Below, piece by piece: positions 49,520 to 59,849 of a stretch of DNA of 64,000 nt. The translations under genes were made by a program, and so were the position numbers. The notes below the pieces were generated by a model. The model saw nothing but the letters and a program-made list of their open reading frames with translations, had not been told where the DNA came from and did no database searches. The DNA is taken from the NCBI GenBank assembly GCA_041920215.1, contig JAYRSJ010000002.1, forward strand, positions 191,568 to 255,567, in the 5' to 3' direction. How positions within the stretch are numbered: the first letter of the stretch is position 1; every line of letters starts with the position of its first letter. Source of the DNA: Burkholderiaceae bacterium (GTDB lineage Bacteria > Pseudomonadota > Gammaproteobacteria > Burkholderiales > Burkholderiaceae_C).

Positions 49520-50739
49520 GCGGACTGGCGCAGCCGCGGGTGCTGTGGCGCAATGCGCGGCTGGCGACACTGGCCGGCGCGCGGCCCTGGGGCTGGATAG
49601 AGCAGGGCGCGCTGATCACGGCCGGCGAGTCCATCGTCTGGGTGGGCGAGGAGGCGCAGCTCGATCCGGCGCTGTGCCAGGGCCTGACGCAGACCCACGA
49701 TCTGGGCGGCGCGGTGCTGACGCCCGCGCTGATCGACTGTCATACCCATCTGGTCTACGGCGGCCAGCGTTCGCGCGAGTTCGAGCTGCGTCTGTGCGGC
49801 GCCAGCTACGAGGAGATTGCGCGTGCCGGCGGCGGCATACGGTCCTCGGTGGCGGCCACCCGCGCGGCCAGCGAGGACGAACTCTTTGCCGCCGCCGCCG
49901 CCCGCCTGGCCTGCCTGCGGGCCGAGGGCGTGGCAACGGTCGAGATCAAGTCCGGCTATGGCCTGAGCCTGGAGGACGAGGCCAAGATGCTGCGGGTGGC
50001 GCGCCGCCTGGGCCGGGCGCTGGACCTGACGGTGCGCTGCACCTATCTGGGCGCGCATGCGCTGCCGGCCGAGTACGCCGGCCGGAGCGACGACTATGTG
50101 GCCGCCGTCTGCGCCTGGATGCCGCAGCTGCAGCGCGAGGGCCTGATCGATGCGGTCGAGGGCGTGTGGGAAGGCATAGGCTTCAGCCCGGCGCAGACGC
50201 GCCAGGTGTTCGAGACCGCCCGCGCCCTGGGCCTGCCGGTCAAGCTGCATGCCGAGCAGCTCAGCGACCTCGGCGGCACCCAGCTGGCCTGCGAGTTCGG
50301 CGCGCTCTCCTGCGACCATCTGGAGTACCTGAGCCCGGCCGGTGTGCAGACCATGGCGGCGGCCGGCACGGTGGCGGTGCTGCTGCCCGGTGCCTACTAC
50401 TTTCTGCGCGAAACTCAAGCGCCGCCGGTCGGGCTGCTGCGCGAGGCCGGCGTGCCTATCGCCATCGCCACCGACCACAACCCCGGCACCTCGCCGGTGC
50501 TGTCGCTGCTGCTGATGCTGAACATGGCCTGCACCCTGTTCCGGCTGACGCCGGAAGAAGCCCTGCGCGGCGCGACCCAGCATGCGGCGCGCGCGCTGGG
50601 CCTGGCCGACCGCGGCCAGCTGCTGCCGGGGCAGCGCGCCGACTTCTGCCTCTGGGACATCCAGCACCCCAACGAGCTGGCCTATTACTTCGGCCGCAAC
50701 CCGCTGCGCCAGGCGGTGCGCGGCGGCCGGCTGATCTGA
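49516..50739 (+). CDS. hutI: Imidazolonepropionase
   Basis: The ATG at 49516 overlaps the hutD stop (ATGA). '[10 protein letters not shown]', 'GGGI' and 'KLHAEQLS' are present, with '[10 protein letters not shown]' as the amidohydrolase metal ligands. Confidence 0.94.
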   Translation: MSGLAQPRVLWRNARLATLAGARPWGWIEQGALITAGESIVWVGEEAQLDPALCQGLTQTHDLGGAVLTPALIDCHTHLVYGGQRSREFELRLCGASYEEIARAGGGIRSSVAATRAASEDELFAAAAARLACLRAEGVATVEIKSGYGLSLEDEAKMLRVARRLGRALDLTVRCTYLGAHALPAEYAGRSDDYVAAVCAWMPQLQREGLIDAVEGVWEGIGFSPAQTRQVFETARALGLPVKLHAEQLSDLGGTQLACEFGALSCDHLEYLSPAGVQTMAAAGTVAVLLPGAYYFLRETQAPPVGLLREAGVPIAIATDHNPGTSPVLSLLLMLNMACTLFRLTPEEALRGATQHAARALGLADRGQLLPGQRADFCLWDIQHPNELAYYFGRNPLRQAVRGGRLI

Positions 50740-50754
50740 GTGAACACAAGAGCG

Positions 50755-51552
50755 ATGACGACCTTCAGCCTGCGCCAGGGGCGCATCCCCCTGCTGATCA
50801 GCATGCCCCATGTGGGCAGCGAGATACCCGAGGATCAGCGCAGCCGCTACCAGCCGCGCGCACTGGCCAGCGAGGACACTGACTGGCATCTGGAGCGGCT
50901 CTACGGACGCATCGCCGATGCCTTGGGGGCCAGCCTCATCGTGCCGCGCTTCTCGCGCTATCTGATCGATCTGAACCGCCCGCCCGAGGACACGCCCATG
51001 TATCCGGGGGCGGCCAATACCGAGCTGTGCCCGACCCGCTTCTTCACCGGCGAGCCGCTCTATCTGGAGGGCCAGACGCCCGATGGCGTCGAGCGGGCGC
51101 GCCGCCGCGAGCTGTACTGGCTGCCCTACCACCGCGCGCTGCAGGCCGAGCTGAACCGCATGAAGGCGCTCTACGGCCATGCGCTGCTGTTCGACGCCCA
51201 CAGCATCCGTTCCGAGCTGCCCTGGCTGTTCGAGGGCCGTCTGCCGGATCTGAACCTGGGCACGGCCGAGGGCCGCAGCTGCGACGCGGGCCTGACCGAG
51301 ATGCTGGGCGCGCTGCTGGCGGCGCAGAGCGACTACAGCCAGGTCGTCAACGGCCGCTTCAAGGGCGGCTTCATCACCCGCCACTACGGCCGGCCCGAGG
51401 CCGGCCAGCATGCGGTGCAGCTGGAAATGTGCCAGTGCTGCTATATGAGCGAGCAGCCGCCCTATGCCTATCAGGAGGCGCTGGCGAGCCGGGTGCAGCC
51501 GCTGCTGGGCGAGATGCTCGCGCGGCTGGCGGCCTGGAGGCCGGCGGCATGA
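50755..51552 (+). CDS. hutG: N-formylglutamate deformylase (amidohydrolase)
   Basis: Start at 'MTTFSLRQGRIPLLISMPHVG' (50755). 'RYLIDLNRPP' and 'LLFDAHSI' match the FGase family (PF05013). Confidence 0.9.
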   Translation: MTTFSLRQGRIPLLISMPHVGSEIPEDQRSRYQPRALASEDTDWHLERLYGRIADALGASLIVPRFSRYLIDLNRPPEDTPMYPGAANTELCPTRFFTGEPLYLEGQTPDGVERARRRELYWLPYHRALQAELNRMKALYGHALLFDAHSIRSELPWLFEGRLPDLNLGTAEGRSCDAGLTEMLGALLAAQSDYSQVVNGRFKGGFITRHYGRPEAGQHAVQLEMCQCCYMSEQPPYAYQEALASRVQPLLGEMLARLAAWRPAA

Positions 51553-52982
51553 GCGCCGACATGAGTGCAGACATGAGCAAGGACAGGGGTGCCGCGCCGC
51601 CGGCCTTCTTCGCCGAGCAGGCCTGGGTCGATGGCCGCTGGCAGCACGATGTGCTGCTGACGCTGGACGGCCATGGCTGTTGGGGTCAGGTCTTGCCCGA
51701 CCAGCACTGCCCGCCGCAGGCCCGACGCCTGGCCGGGCCGGTGCTGCCCAGCTTGGTCGACGCCCACAGCCATGCCTTCCAGCGCGCCTTTGCCGGCCTG
51801 GCTGAGCAGCGCGACAGCGAGAGCGACGATTTCTGGTCCTGGCGCGATCGCATGTATGGCGTGGCGCTGCGCATCACGCCGCAGCAGCTGCGCGCGATCG
51901 CGGCCCAGCTTTATCTGGAGCTGCTCAAGGGCGGCTACACCCAGGTTTGCGAGTTCCACTATCTGCAGCATCAGCCGGATGGTCGCCCCTATGCCGATCC
52001 CCATGCGATGAGCTGGGCCCTGGCCGATGCCGCCGCCAGCGCCGGCCTGGGCCTGACCCTGCTGCCGGTGCTCTATGCCCATGCCGGCTTCGCACAGCCC
52101 CAGCTGCGGCCCGACCAGCGCCGCTTTGCCACCGACGCTGCCTGGGTCTGGCAGGCCTGCCGGACGATAGCCCAGGCCGGTCGGCCGCTGCTCAATGCCG
52201 GCGTGGCGCTGCATTCGCTGCGCGCCGCCCATGCCGAGGACATACGCGCGCTGCAGGGCCTGGTCGGTGACGCCGATCTGCCGATACACATCCATATCAG
52301 CGAGCAGCAGCAGGAAGTGCGCGACTGCCTGGCGGCCACCGGTCAGCGGCCGATGCAATGGCTGTGCCATGCCTTCAAGCCCGATCGGCGCTGGCAGCTG
52401 GTGCATGCCACCCACAGCACGCCGGCCGAGATCGCCCAGGTGGCGACCGGCGGTGCCGGCGTGGTGATCTGCCCCAGCACCGAGGGCAATCTGGGCGACG
52501 GGCTCTGCGATCTGCCTGGCTGGCTGGCGGCCGGCGTGCCGATCAGCCTGGGCTCGGACAGCCATGTGGGCCGCGGCTGGGTGGAGGAGCTGCGCTGGCT
52601 GGAGTATGGCCAGCGCCTGGCCCTGCAGCAGCGCAATGTGGCGGCCAGCCCGGGCCGGCAGCCGGCCACCGCGGCGCGCCTGTTCGAGGCCTGCCGTGCC
52701 GGCAGTGCCGCGCCGGCCGGCCTGCAGCGCTGGGGCCTGCTGCCCGGCGCCCGGGCCGATTTTCTGGTGCTGGACGCCCGAGCCTCCGGCCTGCTGGGTC
52801 TGCCGCGCAATGCGCTGCTGGATGCGCTGGTCTTTGCCAGCCAGGGCGAGGTGCTGGACCAGGTCTTTGTCGCGGGCCGGCAGCGCCTGGCCCAGGGTCG
52901 GCATGCGGACGAGGCGCGCATCGCGGCCGACTTTGCCGAGGCGATGGCCGCTCTGTGGGGCGGCGACGCGGGCAAGGACTGA
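51549..52982 (+). CDS. hutF: Formimidoylglutamate deiminase
   Basis: The ATG at 51549 overlaps the hutG stop (ATGA). 'PSLVDAHSHAFQRAFAG', 'IHIHISEQ' and 'LVHATH' match the amidohydrolase-family HutF pattern. Confidence 0.9.
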   Translation: MSADMSADMSKDRGAAPPAFFAEQAWVDGRWQHDVLLTLDGHGCWGQVLPDQHCPPQARRLAGPVLPSLVDAHSHAFQRAFAGLAEQRDSESDDFWSWRDRMYGVALRITPQQLRAIAAQLYLELLKGGYTQVCEFHYLQHQPDGRPYADPHAMSWALADAAASAGLGLTLLPVLYAHAGFAQPQLRPDQRRFATDAAWVWQACRTIAQAGRPLLNAGVALHSLRAAHAEDIRALQGLVGDADLPIHIHISEQQQEVRDCLAATGQRPMQWLCHAFKPDRRWQLVHATHSTPAEIAQVATGGAGVVICPSTEGNLGDGLCDLPGWLAAGVPISLGSDSHVGRGWVEELRWLEYGQRLALQQRNVAASPGRQPATAARLFEACRAGSAAPAGLQRWGLLPGARADFLVLDARASGLLGLPRNALLDALVFASQGEVLDQVFVAGRQRLAQGRHADEARIAADFAEAMAALWGGDAGKD

Positions 52983-53092
52983 CCCCGTAGGCGGATGTCG
53001 GCCGACCGCTAGCGCGAGATAGCGCTTTGCAAGCGCGCTGGGCGGCGCTACGCTTCGCGACGACACCTGTCGTTGGGTGCGTCGGAGGCTGC

Positions 53093-54649
53093 ATGCTGGA
53101 ACTGCGCAGATACACGATACGGGCGCGACTTTTCGCGCTGGCCGGCTTGTCGATCGCGGTGATGCTGATCATCGGGGCCAACGGGCTGTGGAGTCTGGCC
53201 AAGGCGCGCGGGCAGTTCAGCCATTACGCCGAGAACGATGTGGTGTCGCTGGCCCTGCTGGCCGATATCCGTGCGGGCGTGGGTAATCTGCGCCGCTACG
53301 AGAAAGACCTGTTGATCAATCTGGCCGACCCCAAGCGGGTCGCCAGCTACAAGCAGGGCTGGGATGGCACGTATGCCAAGGTGGTCGAGGGCCTGCAGGC
53401 GATCGCCAAGCTGGACATCGCGCCCGAGGTGAAGAGCCTGCCGCCCACGATGATCGCCTCGCTGGATGGCTACAAGAAGGGCATAGACCTGATCCACCAG
53501 CGGGTGGCGGCCGGCGAGTTCGGCGATACCGCGGCGGCCAACCAGGCCACCGAGCCGATCAAGGGGCCGGTGCGCGATCTCGACGGGCAGCTGGGCAGGA
53601 TGACCGAGCTGATCGAGAAGCACGGCGCCGCGCAGGCGCTGCGCCTGGCGGCCGAGGAGCGCAGCATAAGGCTGGCGCTGAGCCTGGTGATGCTGGTGGG
53701 CGTGGCGGCGGTGGCGGTCTTCACCTTCTTCAATATCCGCTCCATCCTGCAGCCGCTGCGGGTGGCGATTGACACGACCGAGCGCATTGCCCAGCAGGAC
53801 CTCAGCCAGCCGGTGGCGGCCAGCGGCAGCGACGAGACCGCTGCGATGATGCGCGGTGTGCAGGCCATGCAGAGCTCGCTGAGCAGCGTGGTGCACGAGG
53901 TGCGGGGCGCCACCGACAGCATCGCCAATGCCTCGCGCGAGGTGGCGGTGGGCAGCCAGGACCTGAGCCAGCGTACCGAGCAGGCGGCTTCCAATCTGGA
54001 GGAAACCGCCTCGGCGATGGAGGAGCTGACCGCCAGCGTGACGCATAACGCCGATTCGGCGCGGCAGGCCAACCAGCTGGCCCGCGAGGCCGCTGAGGTG
54101 GCGCGGCGCGGCGGCGCGGTGGTCGGCGAGGTGGTGACGACCATGGGCCGCATCAGCGCCTCGTCCAGCAAGATCGCCGACATCATCTCGGTGATAGACG
54201 GCATCGCCTTCCAGACCAATATCCTGGCGCTGAACGCCGCGGTGGAGGCGGCGCGCGCCGGCGAGCAGGGGCGGGGCTTTGCGGTGGTGGCGGCCGAAGT
54301 GCGCAGCCTGGCCCAGCGCAGCGCCGAGGCGGCCAAGGAGATCAAGGGCCTGATCACCAGCAGCGGCGAGAACGTCGACAGCGGCGCCGCCCTGGTCGGC
54401 CGCGCCGGCGAGACCATGCGGGACATCATGGGCGCGATCGAGCGGGTCAGCGCCATCGTCTCCGAGATCAGCAATGCCACCGCCGAGCAGAGCAGCGGCA
54501 TCGCCCAGATCGGCAATGCGATCACCACGCTGGACACCATGACCCAGCAGAATGCCGCCCTGGTCGAGCAGTCGGCCGCCGCGGCCCAGAGCCTGCAGCA
54601 GCAGGCCGATCAGCTGGCGCGCTCGGTCGCGGTCTTCAAGCTGGCCTGA
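53093..54649 (+). CDS. Methyl-accepting chemotaxis protein (4HB_MCP-type periplasmic sensor, HAMP, MA domain)
   Basis: Trimmed to the ATG at 53093 (GGAGG RBS) with two TM segments. The highly conserved hairpin tip '[43 protein letters not shown]' is present. Confidence 0.93.
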   Translation: MLELRRYTIRARLFALAGLSIAVMLIIGANGLWSLAKARGQFSHYAENDVVSLALLADIRAGVGNLRRYEKDLLINLADPKRVASYKQGWDGTYAKVVEGLQAIAKLDIAPEVKSLPPTMIASLDGYKKGIDLIHQRVAAGEFGDTAAANQATEPIKGPVRDLDGQLGRMTELIEKHGAAQALRLAAEERSIRLALSLVMLVGVAAVAVFTFFNIRSILQPLRVAIDTTERIAQQDLSQPVAASGSDETAAMMRGVQAMQSSLSSVVHEVRGATDSIANASREVAVGSQDLSQRTEQAASNLEETASAMEELTASVTHNADSARQANQLAREAAEVARRGGAVVGEVVTTMGRISASSSKIADIISVIDGIAFQTNILALNAAVEAARAGEQGRGFAVVAAEVRSLAQRSAEAAKEIKGLITSSGENVDSGAALVGRAGETMRDIMGAIERVSAIVSEISNATAEQSSGIAQIGNAITTLDTMTQQNAALVEQSAAAAQSLQQQADQLARSVAVFKLA

Positions 54650-55688
54650 ACGCCGCCAGGGCCTGGACCAGGGCCGGGGCCGGCCGCAGCGCACCGACCT
54701 CGGTGCCGCGCCAGTTGCGCAGCAGCGGCCGTGCCAGCCCGGCGATCAGCGAGCCAGCCTCGGCGTCCAGCGTCAGCAGGGCCTCGATCACCGCCGCCAT
54801 CGCCACCTCGACCGCCCGCACCGTGCCGTCGTCGATCTTGATCGCCACGCCCAGGCCCAGCTCAGGCAGGGCCGCACAGTAGACGCCCTCGGCCCCCACC
54901 TTGCAGAACAGGCGCTCGCCCAGTTGCTCCATCACCCGGGTGTCGAAACGATCGCTGCCGGCCACATAGAAGGGCTGGGCTGCCACCGCCTGGCGCAGGC
55001 GCCGGGCGGCGCGGGCGCGCTCGGGCGCCTGGCCCTGGCCGCTGCCCAGGCGGGCAAAGCCCAGGGCCAGGTCTTGCAGCGGGATCGCGAAGGTGGGGAT
55101 GGAGCAGCCATCGGTGCCGCGTGGTGCGCGTGCCAGATCGCAGCCGGTCATCGCGGCCAGCGCCGCCGTGACCTCGCGCATCACCGCATGCTCGGGCGCG
55201 ATATAGCCGCGCACGAACTCGGCCGGTTCGTGGCCGGCCTGCAGGGCCAGCTGGCAGCCCAGGCACACGAAGCCGGCATGCTTGCCCGAGCAGTTGTTGT
55301 GCAGCGCCCCGGCCTGTTCGCCGCGCAGCAGCATGCCGCGCAGCACCGGCTCGCGGCTGGGCCAGTGGGTGCCGCATTCCAGCGCCGCCTCATCCAGGCC
55401 CAGGGCCTTGAGCATGGCGGCGGAGCGTGCCACATGGGCGGGCTCGCCGCTGTGCGAGGCGCAGGCGATGGCCAGTTCGGCATCGCCGAAGCCGAAGCGC
55501 TCGGCCGCACCGCTCTCGACCAGGGGCAGGGCCTGCAGGGCCTTGACCGCCGAGCGGGGAAAGACCGGCCGGGCCACATCGCCCAGAGCGCAAACCAGCT
55601 GGCCGTCGGCATCGACGATGGCCAGTGCGCCGGCATGCTGTGATTCGATATGGCTGCCGCGCAGCACCTCGACCAGGGAAGGATTCAT
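54636..55688 (-). CDS. Asparaginase-II family protein (PF06089)
   Basis: 350 aa. '[20 protein letters not shown]', '[19 protein letters not shown]', 'ACASHSGE' and '[10 protein letters not shown]' are family signatures. Its 3' end overlaps the MCP 3' end by 14 nt (convergent). Confidence 0.8.
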   Translation of the reverse strand: MNPSLVEVLRGSHIESQHAGALAIVDADGQLVCALGDVARPVFPRSAVKALQALPLVESGAAERFGFGDAELAIACASHSGEPAHVARSAAMLKALGLDEAALECGTHWPSREPVLRGMLLRGEQAGALHNNCSGKHAGFVCLGCQLALQAGHEPAEFVRGYIAPEHAVMREVTAALAAMTGCDLARAPRGTDGCSIPTFAIPLQDLALGFARLGSGQGQAPERARAARRLRQAVAAQPFYVAGSDRFDTRVMEQLGERLFCKVGAEGVYCAALPELGLGVAIKIDDGTVRAVEVAMAAVIEALLTLDAEAGSLIAGLARPLLRNWRGTEVGALRPAPALVQALAAFRPA

Positions 55689-55735
55689 TGGCGTGTTGGC
55701 GAAAGAGAGAACAAGGGCCAGACAGGAGGGCGCCT

Positions 55736-57436
55736 TCAGGGCGCCGGGTCGGCGGCGGCATCGTAATCGCCAAGCACCTGGTTGCGGCCGCCGCGCTTGG
55801 CGGCATAGAGGGCCTGGTCGGCCCGTTCCTGCAGGCTCTTGGCCTCCAGCGGCGGGGTGCCGCCGGCCATGCCTATGCTGATGCGCACCGCCAGCCCAGG
55901 CGCGCAGTCGCTCCAGTCGTGCTCGGCGATGGACAGGCGCAGGCGCTCGCAGAGATCGCGCGCCTGACGTGCGTCCAGGCCCAGCAGCACCAGCAGGAAC
56001 TCCTCGCCGCCGATGCGGGCCAGCAGATCGGCGCCGCGCAGATTGCTGCGCAAGAGCTCGGCCAGACGCTGCAGCACCCGGTCGCCAACGCCATGGCCGA
56101 GGCTGTCGTTGATGCGCTTGAAATGGTCGACATCGATCAGTGCCATCATCACCGGCTTGCCGGACTGGCGCGCGCCTTCGACCAGCAGGGGTAGGGCGAA
56201 CTCGGCATGGCGGCGGTTGTGCAGGCCGGTCAGCACGTCCTCATGGGCGGCGCGGCCCCAGGCGGCGGCCTGGTCGCGCAGCCGCTGCTGTTCGCGCTCC
56301 AGCTGGCTGGCCCGCTCGCGTTCGCGCTGGGCGTCGCGCAGCGCATGCTCGGCACGCGCCTGGGCCTGCTCGACCTCCTGGCGGATCATCAGCACCTCGG
56401 TCTGCAGCGCCAGCGTCTCGCGCCGCATCTGGCGCTCCAGATCACGGTGCTGCTCCAGATGGTCCAGCGCCTCGCGGTAGTTGCCGCAGGCCTTGTGGGC
56501 CTCGTAGAGCGCCAGGATGATGATGCGGCGCAGCTTGGGCGGCAAGGCCGCGGCCCGCTCCTGGGCCAGGATGTTGAGCGCGCTGATCGCCGGCCGCAGC
56601 TGGCCGCGAGCCTTCATGATCAGCGTGCGCTGGGCGGCGGCCTGCAGTTCCAGCGCCTGGTAGCCCAGGCGTATCGACAGGGCCTCGTACTCGTCGATCA
56701 GCGGTTCGGCCCGCTCATAGCCGTGGCGGGCGACCAGGATCTCGGCCAGATTGGACAGGGCCACCGCGATGCGGAAGGGGCTGTCCGAGGCGCGCGCGCT
56801 GGCGGTGGCCTGCTCGGCCAGGCTCAGGGCCTGGGCGCTGGCCTCGGCCTGCTGCGCGCTGCCCGCTTCGTTGTGACCCAGTTCCTGCAGGCGCAGCAGC
56901 CAGAAATAGGACAGATTGTTGAGGCAGGAAAACTCCAGTTCTCCGCCATGGCTGGCCAGGCGGCCGGCGATCTCCAGGGCTTCGCGCGTGGTGTCGCAGG
57001 CCTGGGCCGGGTTGTCCAGGCTGGCATAGGCCACTGCCACCCGGTTCAGCGCCCAGGCCTCGCGCTTGCGGTCGCCGGCACGGCGGGCCGCGCTGAGCGC
57101 GCGCAAGCCGCATTCCAGCGCGTCGCGCCCCATCAGCAGCTGGGCATAGACGAAGGCCAGCGCCGACAAGGTGTCCGCCAGCACGCCTTCGTCGGCCAGG
57201 GCCTCGGCCAGCGCCAGGGCCTCGCTGCCGCAGCGCACGCTGGCCTGCAGATTGTTGAGCCTGGGATAGTGGCGGGCCAGCAGGGCCAAGACCCGGGCGC
57301 GGTCCAACTCGGCCGCGCAATGCTGCAGTGCCTGCTCCAGCAGCTGCACCGTGGACTTGTACTCACCGCTGCGGGCCAGGCTGGCGGCCAGGCCCAGCAT
57401 GGACTCCAGATCAGCGGTGGCGGCAGCGGCGTTCAT
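55736..57436 (-). CDS. Diguanylate cyclase with N-terminal TPR-like sensor region and coiled coil (GGDEF domain, I-site present)
   Basis: 566 aa. 'DVLTGLHNRR', 'IDVDHFKRINDSLGH', 'RGADLLARIGGEEFLLVL' (RxxD five residues before GGEEF) and 'ALYAAKRGGRN' are present. Confidence 0.9.
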   Translation of the reverse strand: MNAAAATADLESMLGLAASLARSGEYKSTVQLLEQALQHCAAELDRARVLALLARHYPRLNNLQASVRCGSEALALAEALADEGVLADTLSALAFVYAQLLMGRDALECGLRALSAARRAGDRKREAWALNRVAVAYASLDNPAQACDTTREALEIAGRLASHGGELEFSCLNNLSYFWLLRLQELGHNEAGSAQQAEASAQALSLAEQATASARASDSPFRIAVALSNLAEILVARHGYERAEPLIDEYEALSIRLGYQALELQAAAQRTLIMKARGQLRPAISALNILAQERAAALPPKLRRIIILALYEAHKACGNYREALDHLEQHRDLERQMRRETLALQTEVLMIRQEVEQAQARAEHALRDAQRERERASQLEREQQRLRDQAAAWGRAAHEDVLTGLHNRRHAEFALPLLVEGARQSGKPVMMALIDVDHFKRINDSLGHGVGDRVLQRLAELLRSNLRGADLLARIGGEEFLLVLLGLDARQARDLCERLRLSIAEHDWSDCAPGLAVRISIGMAGGTPPLEAKSLQERADQALYAAKRGGRNQVLGDYDAAADPAP

Positions 57437-57450
57437 CGCGGCAGATGGCT

Positions 57451-58962
57451 TCAGCGGGCCTTCACAAAGGCGCGCAGCTCGGCCGCCATGCGCTGCAGCG
57501 ATTCCTGGTGGATGTACATCATGTGGCCGGCCTCGAAGTAGCTGACGCTGATCTGGCCCTGCAGCTGCTCGCGCAGGCCCAGATGCGCCAGGGTGTAGTC
57601 ACCCGCGGCATGCGGGGTGGCCAGGTCATAGTAGCCGCTGGCCACATAGACGCGCATATCGGGGTTGGCATGCAGGGCGCGGCGCAGGCTTTCGCCGGCG
57701 CTCAGATAGCGGTTCTCGAAACCCTTCCAGGCCCAGCTCTTCCACAGCGGCGCATGGACCAGATAGGGCTCGTCGCTGATCCAGCCGAGCTGCTCGCGCA
57801 GCAGCCGGTTGATGCCCACCGCGTAGGCGCCGACCAGATTGTTCATGCCGGCGTCGTCCTCGGGGTGTTCGCCGGCGTCGTCGCGGTCCAGGCCCAGGAA
57901 GCGGCTGTCAAGCCGCCCCACGGTCTGGCCGCGCTCGCGCAGCAGCTCCTTGAAGAAGCGAAACTCGCCGGGGCGCAGGTCGCAGCGCAGCGCATAGCCC
58001 TTGCTGAGCCCGGTGTGCAGGGACAGCAGCTCGGCGATACGGTCGCGCTCTCCCGGGGTCAGCCGCGCGCCTTGCATCAGGGCCAGCCAGTAGTCGCCGT
58101 GGGCGAAGTCCTCGGCCTCCTGGACGACCTGGCGCAGCGGCTTCTTCTGCTGGGTCTCGCGCAAGGCCTTGTGGTACCAGGCGGTAGCGGCATAGGTGGG
58201 CAGGAAGAGGGCGTAGGGCAGCTCGTTGCCGGCGTCGAAGCTGAGTGTCTGGAAGTCCAGTGCCAGCGACACCAGCATCAGGCCGTTCAGATAGATGTCG
58301 TGCTTCTCCTGCAGATGGCGCGACAGGCCGGCGGCGCGGGTCGTGCCATAGCTCTCGCCGATCAGGTACTTGGGGCTGGCCCAGCGGCCCCAGCGGTTCA
58401 GATAGAGCCGTATGAACTCGCCCACCGCGTCGAGGTCGCGCTGGTAGTCATGGAACTCGGCCGCCTTCTGGCCCTCGGCCATGCGCGAATGGCCGGTGCC
58501 CACCGGGTCGATGAAGACCAGATCGGACTCCAGCAGCAGGCTGTGCTCGTTGTCGCACAGCCCGTAGGGCGGCTTGCCGCACTGGCCCATCGCGTCGGTG
58601 GGCACCCGCTGCGGTCCGAGCAGGCCCAGATGCAGCCACACGCTGGACGAGCCGGGGCCGCCGTTGAAGCTGAAGGTCAGTGGGCGCTGCTGGGCGTTCT
58701 TGGCGCCCTTGAGCGTGTAGGCGATGAAGAAGACGCTGGCGCGGGTCTTCTCGCCGCCGTACTCGCCCTTGCCATCGTGCTTTAGCTCGCCGTCCTTGAT
58801 CTCGGGCTCGCGCAGCAGCAACGTGCCGCAGGTGGCGGTGTATTCCAGGGTCTTCTTGCCGATCTGCAACCGGTGCTCGGTCGTGACCAGGCGCTCGATG
58901 GGCGGCTGGGGCGCCTGGCCCGGCCTGGCCTCGGGCGTGCTGGAATTGTCCGTTGCGGGCAT
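57451..58962 (-). CDS. Serine carboxypeptidase, peptidase family S10
   Basis: Track ORF 57451..60930 trimmed to 'MPATDNSS' (ATG at 58962). 'FNGGPGSSSVW', 'FIDPVGTGHS' and the catalytic 'GESYG' are present. The upstream 656 codons are Arg/Pro/Gly low complexity and overlap two genes with recognisable domain motifs (DUF429 and FHA-EAL). Confidence 0.82.
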   Translation of the reverse strand: MPATDNSSTPEARPGQAPQPPIERLVTTEHRLQIGKKTLEYTATCGTLLLREPEIKDGELKHDGKGEYGGEKTRASVFFIAYTLKGAKNAQQRPLTFSFNGGPGSSSVWLHLGLLGPQRVPTDAMGQCGKPPYGLCDNEHSLLLESDLVFIDPVGTGHSRMAEGQKAAEFHDYQRDLDAVGEFIRLYLNRWGRWASPKYLIGESYGTTRAAGLSRHLQEKHDIYLNGLMLVSLALDFQTLSFDAGNELPYALFLPTYAATAWYHKALRETQQKKPLRQVVQEAEDFAHGDYWLALMQGARLTPGERDRIAELLSLHTGLSKGYALRCDLRPGEFRFFKELLRERGQTVGRLDSRFLGLDRDDAGEHPEDDAGMNNLVGAYAVGINRLLREQLGWISDEPYLVHAPLWKSWAWKGFENRYLSAGESLRRALHANPDMRVYVASGYYDLATPHAAGDYTLAHLGLREQLQGQISVSYFEAGHMMYIHQESLQRMAAELRAFVKAR

Positions 58963-58992
58963 GGCCTTCCTCCACTCGTTAGAGTGCTCATC

Positions 58993-59823
58993 ATGCACGC
59001 TCGCCTCCCTCCTGACGACCCGTTGTTGCACGGGGTCGACTTCAGCAGTGCGCCCAGCCGGCGCAAGCCCATCGTGGTGGCCAGCGGCCGGCTGCGGGGT
59101 CAGGTCTTGCGCCTGGAGGGACTGCTGGCTCTGCCCAGTCTCGACGAGTTTGCCGCCTGGCTGGCGCGGCCCGGGCCCTGGCTGGGCGGTTTCGACTTTC
59201 CCTTCGGCCTGCCGCGCGAGCTGGTCGAGCAGCTCGGCTGGCCGCAGGACTGGGCGGGTCTGATGCGGTACTACGCCGGGCTCGAACGGGCCGAGATCCG
59301 CGCGCTGTTCGCGGCCTTTTGCGCGGCGCGACCGGCGGGAGGCAAGTTCGCGCATCGCGCCACTGACGGTCCGGCCGGCGCCTCGCCCTCGATGAAATGG
59401 GTGAATCCGCCGGTCGCCTTCATGCTGCATGCCGGCGTGCCGCGCCTGATCGCGGCCGGCGTGCGGCTGCCGGGCCTGTGCGCCGGCGATACCGCTCGGG
59501 TGGCGCTGGAGGCCTATCCGGGCCTGCTGGCGCGCGAGCTGCTGGGCCGGCGCAGCTACAAGAGCGACGACCGGGCCAAGCAGACGCCGGAGCGGCTGAT
59601 CGCACGCAAGGACCTGGTGGATGCGCTGGAGCAGGGGCGCGGCCGTCTGGGCCTGCGCCTGAAGCTGAGCCATGCGCAGCGCGAGACGCTGATCGACGAC
59701 GCCAGCGGCGACAGCCTGGATGCGGTGCAGTGCCTGCTGCAGGCAGCCTGGGGCGCGCAGCGGCCGGGCTATGGCTTGCCAGCGCAGATCGACCCGCTGG
59801 AGGGCTGGATCGTCAGCGCCTGA
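58993..59823 (+). CDS. DUF429 domain protein (predicted RNase H-like fold; function unknown)
   Basis: Trimmed to the ATG at 58993. 'LLHGVDFSSAP', 'GGFDFPFGLPRE', 'ALEAYPGLLAR' and 'GDSLDAVQCLLQAAW' fit the DUF429 pattern (acidic residues at GxDF, E.YP and D..DA). Confidence 0.6.
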   Translation: MHARLPPDDPLLHGVDFSSAPSRRKPIVVASGRLRGQVLRLEGLLALPSLDEFAAWLARPGPWLGGFDFPFGLPRELVEQLGWPQDWAGLMRYYAGLERAEIRALFAAFCAARPAGGKFAHRATDGPAGASPSMKWVNPPVAFMLHAGVPRLIAAGVRLPGLCAGDTARVALEAYPGLLARELLGRRSYKSDDRAKQTPERLIARKDLVDALEQGRGRLGLRLKLSHAQRETLIDDASGDSLDAVQCLLQAAWGAQRPGYGLPAQIDPLEGWIVSA

Positions 59824-59835
59824 GGCCGCCCGACC

Positions 59836-59846
59836 GGGGGGGGGGG
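59836..59846. repeat. Homopolymeric G11 tract in the convergent intergenic gap
   Basis: Eleven consecutive G residues at 59836-59846, read directly. The tract lies 13 nt after the DUF429 stop and 4 nt beyond the FHA-EAL stop. Confidence 0.9.
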
Positions 59847-59849
59847 CGC

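Noticed and set aside
48865-51411. 848-aa minus-strand ORF across hutD, hutI and hutG
   Set aside because: It is antisense to three enzymes recognisable by their family motifs and has low-complexity composition.
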